From assembly GCA_029941465.1 (NCBI GenBank), contig JAPYQN010000003.1, positions 4,513-68,512 on the forward strand: DNA of 64,000 nt, written 5' to 3'. This DNA comes from Gammaproteobacteria bacterium (GTDB lineage Bacteria; Pseudomonadota; Gammaproteobacteria; Steroidobacterales; UBA11654). The notes below the pieces were generated by a model, which did no database searches, had not been told where the DNA came from, and was given only the letters and a program-made list of their open reading frames with translations. Both the position numbers and the translations under genes were made by a program. Position 1 is the stretch's first letter. Every line of letters begins with the position of its first letter. Positions 47,977-56,481 of the stretch are shown here, in pieces.

Positions 47977-48336
47977 ATGAACGACATTATGGATAGTGAT
48001 CTTGAGAAAATTATTATAACCACTGCCCCAACAGTGGCTAACAAAGAGATTGATTATGAAATTGATATTATCACTGCTGAATGTGTTTTTGGTATGAATA
48101 TATTCAGAGATTTATTTGCTGGAATTAGAGATATTTTTGGTGGAAGAAGTGTAGCAAGTCAAAAAATACTAAGAGACTCACGTCAAACCTGTTTAAGAGA
48201 ACTGAAGATAGAAGCACATGAATTAGGTGCCGATGCGATTATTGGTGTTGATCTAGATTACCAGGAATTTTCTGGTAAAGGTAAAGGCATGTTATTTCTT
48301 GTGGCATCTGGCACGGCAGTTAAATTAAGAGGTTAA
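47977..48336 (+). CDS. YbjQ/UPF0145 family protein
   Basis: 119 aa. The blocks GGRS......L...R......L...A...GA.A.IGV..DY are characteristic of YbjQ. Confidence 0.8.
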   Translation: MNDIMDSDLEKIIITTAPTVANKEIDYEIDIITAECVFGMNIFRDLFAGIRDIFGGRSVASQKILRDSRQTCLRELKIEAHELGADAIIGVDLDYQEFSGKGKGMLFLVASGTAVKLRG

Positions 48337-48905
48337 TTAGTTTTTTTTACAACTTTTTTTATATCCTCATTCAGCATATCAATCGAACTTGCGGGGCTAA
48401 AAGAAGCTTTTAGTTGGGCTCTTGGGTTGATTAAAAAAATTGAAGCTGTATGACTAAAATCATATCCATCTTCCTTATTTATTCTTTGAAAGAACACACT
48501 AAGATTTGAGGTCAATTCAACTATTTTATTTATATCACCTGTTAAGCCAGTTATAGATGAGTCAAAAAAGCCGAGATACTCCTTTAATCTCTCCGTATAA
48601 TCACGCTCGGGGTCAAGTGTGATGAAAAGTATTTGTAGATTAATGTTGGGTAATTCTCTATTAATATGTTGTTTTATCTGACCAAGTTTAAAAATTGTTG
48701 TAGGGCAAACATCAGGACAGTTGGTGTATCCAAAGAAAAGAATAGTCCATTTATTTTTTAGGTTATTCTTTGTGTAAAGCTGATCATTTTGATCTTTTAG
48801 TTCAAAATCAATAATTTCTAATGGTTTCTTAAAAGCCTTACCAGTTTCTAGTATTGCCTCTTTCTCAATTAAATTTGGACCTTTTTGGATTACGAACAGT
48901 ATCAA
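48333..48905 (-). CDS. SCO1/SenC-family copper chaperone (thioredoxin fold)
   Basis: CPDVCP copper-binding motif plus a conserved His (FSHT). The TTG start of the ORF track truncates an in-frame N-terminal TM anchor encoded up to 48980 (see findings). Confidence 0.8.
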   Translation of the reverse strand: MILFVIQKGPNLIEKEAILETGKAFKKPLEIIDFELKDQNDQLYTKNNLKNKWTILFFGYTNCPDVCPTTIFKLGQIKQHINRELPNINLQILFITLDPERDYTERLKEYLGFFDSSITGLTGDINKIVELTSNLSVFFQRINKEDGYDFSHTASIFLINPRAQLKASFSPASSIDMLNEDIKKVVKKTN

Positions 48906-48952
48906 TATGAAAACAATGCCAGAAAGTATTATGAAAACTTTATTTCTTTTAT

Positions 48953-49390
48953 CTATAACTTTTGACTCCTTACCTCTGCCTCAATTCTTACAACTTCTGT
49001 TTCATTCTCATTTTTAAAAAAGATTAGCATTTCCACTGCAGTATTTTTTAGAGGCACTGTTTCTGGATTAATTAACATAAAATGTAAACCTCCAGGTTCT
49101 AGTAACAATGATTCATTTGGTTTGATGCTGAGGGTTTCTATTTTTTCCATTGTTATCATGCCGTTATGTGAACTTTTGTGGAGTTCAGTTTTTGTGAAGC
49201 CTTTTGAAATTATTTTCTTAATGTCCATTTCTATGGCTTTCAGGGAATGATTTTCTATAGTCATGTAGGCTGCCATGACCTTAGTTTCTGGTGGTGCTGC
49301 TCTTACCCATGAGTTTTCAATTATGATGTTACCTGATGCTCTGTCTGTCATTGAAAGCAACAGACAGAGCATTACTAGTGATTTTTTCAT
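48953..49390 (-). CDS. periplasmic copper chaperone PCu(A)C (DUF461)
   Basis: Signal peptide. Pattern ENSWVRAAPP...AAYMTIEN...ELHKSSHNGMITMEKI...PGGLHFML matches the PCuAC H/M copper site and family blocks. Confidence 0.75.
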   Translation of the reverse strand: MKKSLVMLCLLLSMTDRASGNIIIENSWVRAAPPETKVMAAYMTIENHSLKAIEMDIKKIISKGFTKTELHKSSHNGMITMEKIETLSIKPNESLLLEPGGLHFMLINPETVPLKNTAVEMLIFFKNENETEVVRIEAEVRSQKL

Positions 49391-49392
49391 CG

Positions 49393-49545
49393 CTACACTC
49401 TAGGACCACAAATAACAGCCACTGGATTGTATTCAGGAAAGAATAGATAGGAAATAAATGCCCAGGCATTAAAAAGAATCAGTATCGCGAAAGGAATTAA
49501 CGCTAGACCAGCAAAAATTAAGAGGTATTTTTTATCTTGGTTCAT
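49393..49545 (-). CDS. unlisted 50-aa two-helix membrane microprotein
   Basis: Hand-translated: MNQDKKYLLIFAGLALIPFAILILFNAWAFISYLFFPEYNPVAVICGPRV. ATG at 49545. The TAG stop ends 2 nt before the PCuAC start. It fills an otherwise empty 190-nt gap in an operon. Below the ORF-track length cut-off. Confidence 0.4.
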   Translation of the reverse strand: MNQDKKYLLIFAGLALIPFAILILFNAWAFISYLFFPEYNPVAVICGPRV

Positions 49546-49581
49546 CTTATGAATCGAATTTTATAGTAATCATAGAAGATA

Positions 49582-50793
49582 TCAATTGAATCTGGATGGC
49601 CTAAAATCTTGTAATATTATATTAGTCGATCCATCTAGGATTTCCTGTGTAGCAAGTTTCCCTACAATAGCTGCCAGACTCACACCACTATGCATTACAG
49701 CAACATATACACCAGGTACTTTATTTAATCTTCCAATCACAGGCTTTCCATCTCTAGGAAGAGGGCGCCAGCCTATTGAAGCTTTTTCAACTTCAAGGTT
49801 ATCTAAATTATTTATAAATGTTGTCGCCATTTTGAGAATTCGATCTACATGTTGCTTAGTAAATAATCCAGATGGAAAATCCTTAGGCCTGTCTTTCAAT
49901 CTTTCCAGGTGGGAGCTGGGAGCTCCTGCTTGTTCTCCAAAAATTACTCTTCCATCTAATTGTTGGTGAACATGAACACCAGGACCAACAACGATCTTAT
50001 TCAATCGTTTTTCACTTGGTGTCGTTCTGACAATGACCCCTGGTTTTGGGGTAGTTATTGAATTAATTGATAATAAATTATCAGTATCTATGCCGCATGC
50101 AAAAACTGCTTGATCTGCTTCTAATTCTCCCAGTGAAGTCTGAACAGATGATAATTTACCATTGCGGTAGTTCAGACCTTGGAATTGACATGGATGCAAA
50201 ACTAACCCACCAAACTGCTTAATTTTTTCTATCATCAAAGAAATGGCATTTATTGTATCGATTGCTCCATCAGCTTCAGAGAGGATAATATTCTGATTTG
50301 AGGTAAAATTTACATTGGGCTCTAAGAATTTTGCCTTTTTATCTGTGATAACTCTAAACGGTGAGAATTTAGGATACTTTTTTAAAATAGCCACTTCATT
50401 GAGTAACTTTTTTTGAGCGTCTATAGAATCAAACCATTCTAAGGAGCCACTCCAACTAATGTTTAAATTGATTTCCTTCTCAAGGTTTTTATAAGCATCG
50501 ATACCAAGCTGAGATAATAAATTATATGAATAAGGTTTCTTGGGATAAGTGGCATTAATCCAGGAAAATGAACTGCCACTCGCTCCTGATGCAGGTGATT
50601 CTTTATCTATTAGGGTAACTTCAGCCCCCATTTTCGATAATTCATATGCAATTGTGGTGCCAATAATTCCAGCACCTACCACCACAACACGATCTCCTCT
50701 GACCAGTGCTTTTAAACCTGAATTATAAGCTATAGCAGCAGTGCCCAACAGTTTTGTAAATGAACGTCTATCCATGCGATGACATTTTCTCAT
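49582..50793 (-). CDS. Tat-exported FAD-dependent oxidoreductase (DAO family)
   Basis: Twin-arginine motif DRRSFTKLLG followed by VVVVGAGIIGT dinucleotide fold. Alternative start ATG at 50775. Confidence 0.8.
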   Translation of the reverse strand: MRKCHRMDRRSFTKLLGTAAIAYNSGLKALVRGDRVVVVGAGIIGTTIAYELSKMGAEVTLIDKESPASGASGSSFSWINATYPKKPYSYNLLSQLGIDAYKNLEKEINLNISWSGSLEWFDSIDAQKKLLNEVAILKKYPKFSPFRVITDKKAKFLEPNVNFTSNQNIILSEADGAIDTINAISLMIEKIKQFGGLVLHPCQFQGLNYRNGKLSSVQTSLGELEADQAVFACGIDTDNLLSINSITTPKPGVIVRTTPSEKRLNKIVVGPGVHVHQQLDGRVIFGEQAGAPSSHLERLKDRPKDFPSGLFTKQHVDRILKMATTFINNLDNLEVEKASIGWRPLPRDGKPVIGRLNKVPGVYVAVMHSGVSLAAIVGKLATQEILDGSTNIILQDFRPSRFN

Positions 50794-50986
50794 TTTTTGT
50801 ATTCAAATGTTTGATCTTTAGAAGACCCAAAAAAATGAAGATGATTATTCACAATTACTTCATGGTCTAAACAAAAAATAACTGTATAAAATGCTCAGCA
50901 ATCTAATAATTGCAAATTAATGTAACTAGTAGTATTTTGTGTCAGCTTTGATGACTGACTTATATTTTTATACCTAAGGAGTAACA

Positions 50987-51544
50987 ATGAAAGAAACAAT
51001 AGTAGGCGCCTTGATTATCGGCGGTTTGATCGGAGGTGCGATTCTTTTAACCAACCCTAAAACCCATAACCCTATGCATCAGATAACTCACGACATGGAT
51101 ATGGTCTGGATGAGTGATGATTTACACATGAAACACCAAAGTGGCAACAAACATGTTGTCATGAAACATATTGGTAAATCAAACGATCAAGAATCAGACC
51201 AACATGCATCCAAAAAGACATTCATCATCAAAATGGATCATGGTGATCAAGATGTCGAGGTTGATGTAAAAGCAACATTAGAAAAATTAAAAGAGGAAAT
51301 GGATTCAGTCGATTGGGATGAAGTCGCTGAAGCAGTATCAGAATCCATCAAGGAGCTTGATATTAATATCGATATTGAGGTTGATTCAGATGATATAACT
51401 GATTCTATTGAAGAAATAGCCAAGGCTATCACCGAATCCGTGAACGAAGCTGTTAAGGGTATTTCTGGTAAATCTGGGAAGGTTAAGATAGAGATCAAAG
51501 TCAACGATAAAGTGACAGAAGTTACTTCTGAGTCCACTGAGTAA
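50987..51544 (+). CDS. membrane-anchored His/Met-rich, highly acidic protein
   Basis: AAGGAG RBS 8 nt upstream, N-terminal TM helix, then 13 His/Met in 41 residues, then a D/E-rich tail. No family recognised. Confidence 0.55.
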   Translation: MKETIVGALIIGGLIGGAILLTNPKTHNPMHQITHDMDMVWMSDDLHMKHQSGNKHVVMKHIGKSNDQESDQHASKKTFIIKMDHGDQDVEVDVKATLEKLKEEMDSVDWDEVAEAVSESIKELDINIDIEVDSDDITDSIEEIAKAITESVNEAVKGISGKSGKVKIEIKVNDKVTEVTSESTE

Positions 51545-51547
51545 TTA

Positions 51548-51811
51548 ATGGAAGAAACCTATACAGTCAAGGATCGATTGATAAAAGGACTCTTTGTTCT
51601 TTTGTTCTTGTTTGCTTTTGGCGTATGCCGGTTTCTTCTTTGGATTATTGTTCTCGTGCAATTTTTCTTTGATCTAATCTCCGGGAAACCAAATAACCGA
51701 TTGTGTCAATTCTCCTCTGAATTCAAAAATTATATTGCTGAAGTCGTTGCTTTTGTGACTTACCAATCAGACAACAAGCCTTTCCCTTTTTCTGATTGGC
51801 CAAACAAATAG
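51548..51811 (+). CDS. DUF4389-like small membrane protein
   Basis: 87 aa with two helices and a tail (SGKPN...FSSEF..Y...V.AFVTYQSD.KPFPFSDWP) fitting the remembered DUF4389 pattern. Confidence 0.5.
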   Translation: MEETYTVKDRLIKGLFVLLFLFAFGVCRFLLWIIVLVQFFFDLISGKPNNRLCQFSSEFKNYIAEVVAFVTYQSDNKPFPFSDWPNK

Positions 51812-51850
51812 AACAATCATGAGTGATTTCAATATTGCAACGTATGAGTT

Positions 51851-54166
51851 ATGAGTAAATTTCACTTATCAGTTAAAATTTGGCTAATTATTTGCTTATC
51901 CAATGCAATATTCTCAGCCTATGTCAGCGCTGAAATCACTGTCGATGGTCGTTTGGATGAAACAGAATGGAAACAAGCACAGCGATTTGAAAACTTTGTT
52001 GAAACAAGCCCTTTCAGTTTGAAGGAAACAACGCATCCGACTGAGGTGTTGATTCTCACTGATGAAAAAGGAATTTATTTTGGGTTTATCAACGAACAGC
52101 CATGGGATACACGATACAGAAGGAAACAAGAGCGTGATGCAATGTGGGCTGATTCCGACCGAAATTTCATCTCTATCGATTTTGATGGCAAAGCCAACAT
52201 GGGCTATTTTTTTGGCGTCAATCTAGGCGGCTCCATGAGTGATGGCTCAATCAGCGGTGAGAGTCAGATGGACAGAGATTGGGACGGGGATTGGGAAGCG
52301 AAGACATCTGAATCAGAAACCCATTGGTATTCGGAGTTTTTTCTCCCCTGGACTGTGGTTCCGATGATGTCAGGACAGGAAAGCAAGAGGAACATCGGCG
52401 TTTATTTTTCTCGACAAATGATGCAGGAGGGAAAAGTGATAGGGTTTCCTGGACTCAATTACGAACGCAAAAAATTTCTCTCCCTCTTTCATCCGGTCAC
52501 AGTGGATCAATATGAGTCGACAAAATTTGATGTTTTCCCTTATACGGTGGGTTCCTACGATAATTTGCAAGATTCCGCTGAATACCAGGCAGGATTGGAT
52601 CTGTTTTGGGCGCTGGGTAATGGTCGGGAGTTGAATATGACTGTGAACCCTGACTTTGGTCAGGTTGAAAGTGATGAAGTGGTGATAAATTTTTCCCCAG
52701 TTGAAACGTTCTTTTCAGATAGAAGGCCATTTTTTGCCGAGAATCAGGGGCTGTTTAATATTTCCCACGGTAATGACTACCACCTCATCAATACTCGTCG
52801 AATCGGGGCCTCTCCTGATTATAATTGCACAGATTTTTCAGCTGCAAATGGTGGTTCTGATGCTTTGCAAGAATCTTGCGAGAATGAACAAGAGGCAAGC
52901 AATGGCATTGACACGGCTGTAAAGTTTACCCAACTGGGAGAAAATACCGATGTTGGTTTCTTTGCTGCTTTTGAGGATGATGAAACATTTAGTGCGGGAC
53001 GTGAATTTTACGCTGTTAGGGCCTTGAGGAGATTAAATCAACATAAGCTGGGGTATCTTGCAACGCACGTTGAACGAGATGCCTTGGATAGAAGTGCTAC
53101 CGTCCACGCGTTTGATTACGAAAATCAAGCAACGGAGACCCTGACATTAAATAGTTTATTGATGTACTCAGACACTATCGATGAAAGTGGCTACGGGATG
53201 CGTTTTGGTATGAACTACGACCCTAATAAGTTCTGGAATACAGAGATTGCTTATTACCGTTTTGATGATGACTTAAACATCAATGATATGGGTTATCAGA
53301 CCCGGAATAATTTGAGTAATTTCAGAACTTTTACCATGTATACTGAGACCGATTTTCTGACAACGTCAAAAATTTTAGAACGCACATACACCTTGCTTTT
53401 TTCAAAAAAAGCCGATACTCATGGTCTGCAATTATCACAAAATATCAATCTTAGCTTTAAGCAAGCATTTAAAGACACTTCTGGTTTTGAAATTAAGTTT
53501 GGGCATGGCTCTTCAGGAAACAATGACCTATTGACCAGAGGCAGTGCGTTGGCACCCTTCGTCAAATTCGGTCAGGGTAGGCAGTTCGAATTGACTTACT
53601 ACGGCAAACAGAATAAGCGTTGGAGTTATTGGGCGTATCTTTCAAGAGACAGGCGATCATTCCAATCATTTACTGAAAGTTCAAATACCATAGCGCTGGG
53701 TGGAAATTATTACCCTTCAGATGATCTAAAATTTGGTATACATCTTGGGAAGGCCAATTCTAAAAATTGGCTCAATTGGCTGGGAGATAACAGGCTTGGG
53801 ACCTATCCTCTTGATTATTTCTCCATAAGGGCCAATGCTACTTGGTTTCCAAAGGAAAAACACGAACTGCGAATTAAATTTCAAACTAATATCATGGAAA
53901 CCAAAATCGGAGCCGAATGGTTGGCTGACAGTACCGGTAACTTGAATTCTGCCAATTCACCAGCTGCTGGATTTGATCTTGGGCAGTTGGCCTTCCAGGT
54001 TAGGTACAAATATGAAATTAGCCCACTGTCTCATTTCTATGCCGTCTATACTCGAGGAGGTAGACATTACGAAGATGATGATGTGAGTGTCAGTGAGATA
54101 ATTAGTGGAACCTGGAACAACCCGAAAGAAGACAGATTTACATTGAAGCTGAGAATGAAGTTTTAA
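51851..54166 (+). CDS. outer-membrane CBM9-like / DUF5916-type protein (paralogue 2)
   Basis: 771 aa with a signal peptide and C-terminal MKF. About 55% identity (80 of 146 positions by hand count, gap-free) with the first mature residues of the 19031-21346 protein. Confidence 0.6.
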   Translation: MSKFHLSVKIWLIICLSNAIFSAYVSAEITVDGRLDETEWKQAQRFENFVETSPFSLKETTHPTEVLILTDEKGIYFGFINEQPWDTRYRRKQERDAMWADSDRNFISIDFDGKANMGYFFGVNLGGSMSDGSISGESQMDRDWDGDWEAKTSESETHWYSEFFLPWTVVPMMSGQESKRNIGVYFSRQMMQEGKVIGFPGLNYERKKFLSLFHPVTVDQYESTKFDVFPYTVGSYDNLQDSAEYQAGLDLFWALGNGRELNMTVNPDFGQVESDEVVINFSPVETFFSDRRPFFAENQGLFNISHGNDYHLINTRRIGASPDYNCTDFSAANGGSDALQESCENEQEASNGIDTAVKFTQLGENTDVGFFAAFEDDETFSAGREFYAVRALRRLNQHKLGYLATHVERDALDRSATVHAFDYENQATETLTLNSLLMYSDTIDESGYGMRFGMNYDPNKFWNTEIAYYRFDDDLNINDMGYQTRNNLSNFRTFTMYTETDFLTTSKILERTYTLLFSKKADTHGLQLSQNINLSFKQAFKDTSGFEIKFGHGSSGNNDLLTRGSALAPFVKFGQGRQFELTYYGKQNKRWSYWAYLSRDRRSFQSFTESSNTIALGGNYYPSDDLKFGIHLGKANSKNWLNWLGDNRLGTYPLDYFSIRANATWFPKEKHELRIKFQTNIMETKIGAEWLADSTGNLNSANSPAAGFDLGQLAFQVRYKYEISPLSHFYAVYTRGGRHYEDDDVSVSEIISGTWNNPKEDRFTLKLRMKF

Positions 54167-54261
54167 TGTAAAGAGTGCCGTCAGTATCTGCAGCTAACAT
54201 CTGCTACAGAAAAATTGAATAAAGAACCATTAGCAGAGAAATTAATTTTGAGAAATTTCAT

Positions 54262-54885
54262 CTATCCATTATTGATAGGGTTATTAATTACAATCACTAG
54301 AAACCATATCCCTGAGGATGCACAAAAGGTGGTTAGACCATGATAAAACTGGTTGTTAGTTTTTAGGAGCTTCTCAAAGAAGAAAACGGTAAAAGCTACC
54401 ATGACTAATTGCATAAAAATAATCCAATTTCCAAAAATAATATAAGCGACTACTGTATTAATTATCCCAATAATACTGGTCGGTAAGAAAACATACTGTC
54501 TTTTAATGTATAAAATAGGGGCAGCAATTATAAAGAAAATGGCGATGATTTTAGCCCAACTATTTTGCCCAACTAAGCTAAGAAGAATAAGAGCCTGGCC
54601 AATTAGAATCGAGAATGTAAATAACCCATCTATTGTACTAAAACCATTACCACTTGCAGTTTCTGCAGTGACATACCAATGATCAATATGATTTTGAATT
54701 ATCTCAAATAAACTGCCAATGATTAGAATTCCTATTGCCAGAAATAACAGTTCAATATTAAAAATACTTTCTTCCAAGAGAAATCTATTTTTATTGATAA
54801 CTGGAATTAGTGCCAATGGGACTAAGAGTGCATAAAGATGAACAGGTAAAACCCAAATTGCAGTTTTTACTGGAATTTTAATCAC
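54262..54885 (-). CDS. polytopic membrane protein, unknown function
   Basis: 207 aa with about 6 hydrophobic helices. No family recognised. Confidence 0.5.
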   Translation of the reverse strand: MIKIPVKTAIWVLPVHLYALLVPLALIPVINKNRFLLEESIFNIELLFLAIGILIIGSLFEIIQNHIDHWYVTAETASGNGFSTIDGLFTFSILIGQALILLSLVGQNSWAKIIAIFFIIAAPILYIKRQYVFLPTSIIGIINTVVAYIIFGNWIIFMQLVMVAFTVFFFEKLLKTNNQFYHGLTTFCASSGIWFLVIVINNPINNG

Positions 54886-54897
54886 GGTATTTTTAAG

Positions 54898-55320
54898 TTA
54901 CCACTCACCTATATTTTCCATAGAGATCCATGGTTCTTGTGGTGAAAGAGCTTCTCCCTTTTGAAGTAACTCAATTGATATATTATCTGGTGATCTAATG
55001 AATGCCATATAACCATCTCTGGGAGGACGATTTATTATCACTCCGGAATTTAATAAATGAGTGCATGTTTCATAAATGTTATCTACTGAATAAGCCAAAT
55101 GTCCAAAGTTTCTTGAACCATCTCCCAAGTTATCACCATCCCAATTATAGGTTAACTCTATCTGAGCAGACTCATCATCAGCAGCAGTTAAGAATATAAG
55201 AGTGAATCTACCCTGGTCATTGTCATATCGCCTCACCTCTTTCAACCCTAACTGATTGCAATAAAAATTGAGTGACTCTTCAATATCACTAACTCTGATC
55301 ATTGTATGTAAATATTTCAT
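54898..55320 (-). CDS. gloA: lactoylglutathione lyase (glyoxalase I)
   Basis: MKYLHTMIRVSDIEESLNFY... ELTYNW ... GHLAY blocks match GloA. Start placed at ATG 55320 rather than 55353. Confidence 0.85.
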   Translation of the reverse strand: MKYLHTMIRVSDIEESLNFYCNQLGLKEVRRYDNDQGRFTLIFLTAADDESAQIELTYNWDGDNLGDGSRNFGHLAYSVDNIYETCTHLLNSGVIINRPPRDGYMAFIRSPDNISIELLQKGEALSPQEPWISMENIGEW

Positions 55321-55431
55321 TATAAGTTTTGTGCTGATCCAAATAGGACACAACCATGCAATTTCATTAACTGTAGCAGGAAAATCATCTGGTGTTAAAC
55401 GATCAGGTAATGGAGTATTATTATTAGAATT

Positions 55432-56391
55432 ATGTTGCGCCCATTTATTATCTTTTCACTAATATTATTTATGTCTTTTGATACTTTAAACTCTGAGCCT
55501 GATAAGGCTGCTAAAGACTTTGCCATTGTTATTCATGGGGGAGCAGGGTGGAGTCGTAATATTTCTGAAGCGAAACAGAATGCAATTCAAGAGGGTTTAA
55601 AGCAGGCCTTATCGACAGGGTATTCAATATTGGAATCAGGAGGCTCAAGCCTGGACGCTATAGAAGCAGCCATCATGATTCTCGAAGATAATATTAATTT
55701 TAACGCTGGCAAAGGATCTGTATACAATTCTGCCGAAAAACAAGAAATGGATGCTTCGATCATGGTTGGGGATTCTCAACAAGCAGGAGCAGTTGCTTCT
55801 GTGAGCAGAATCAAGAACCCAATCAAGTTGGCACGGTATGTGATGGAAAACACTAAACATGTGATGATGGTTGGAGAGGGTGCTGAGAAAATTGCCAAGG
55901 AAGGGGGGTTTGAACTAGTCAATCCAGATTACTTTGCCTCTATCGAGAATCTAGAACGACTTAAAGTAACTCAAGAAAAGGAAAAATTAGGCACTGTAGG
56001 TGCCGTGGCTCTTGATCAGAGTGGAACAATAAGCGCGGGAACCTCTACCGGTGGAATGACTAATAAAAAGCCTGGAAGAATTGGTGATTCGCCAATTATT
56101 GGTGCTGGAACTTGGGCACAAAATAATGTTTGCGGGGTATCTGGAACAGGGCATGGTGAATTTTTTATTCGTTACAATGTGGCTAGAGAAATCTGTGCCA
56201 GAATAGAATATCTTGGCCAGCCTGTTGAGAAAGCTTCATCTGAATTGATTCAAGAATTGAAAGACATAGGAGCTGACGGAGGCGTCATTGTTCTCGATAA
56301 AAATGGAAATGTAGCTATGGTTTTTAATACAGATGGTATGGCTAGGGCCTATAAGAATTCTAAAGGTGATGAAATTGTCACGATTTATTAA
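55432..56391 (+). CDS. iaaA: isoaspartyl peptidase / L-asparaginase (Ntn hydrolase), secreted
   Basis: Signal peptide, HGGAG, autoprocessing site GTVGAVALD, GAG.W blocks. Confidence 0.85.
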   Translation: MLRPFIIFSLILFMSFDTLNSEPDKAAKDFAIVIHGGAGWSRNISEAKQNAIQEGLKQALSTGYSILESGGSSLDAIEAAIMILEDNINFNAGKGSVYNSAEKQEMDASIMVGDSQQAGAVASVSRIKNPIKLARYVMENTKHVMMVGEGAEKIAKEGGFELVNPDYFASIENLERLKVTQEKEKLGTVGAVALDQSGTISAGTSTGGMTNKKPGRIGDSPIIGAGTWAQNNVCGVSGTGHGEFFIRYNVAREICARIEYLGQPVEKASSELIQELKDIGADGGVIVLDKNGNVAMVFNTDGMARAYKNSKGDEIVTIY

Positions 56392-56481
56392 AACTTATGA
56401 AATATCCTGTCTTTCTTGAGTAAGCACCTATAATTGAAATTAAATCTACAACCACATAAGATGAAGGGATAGGAGTTATTT

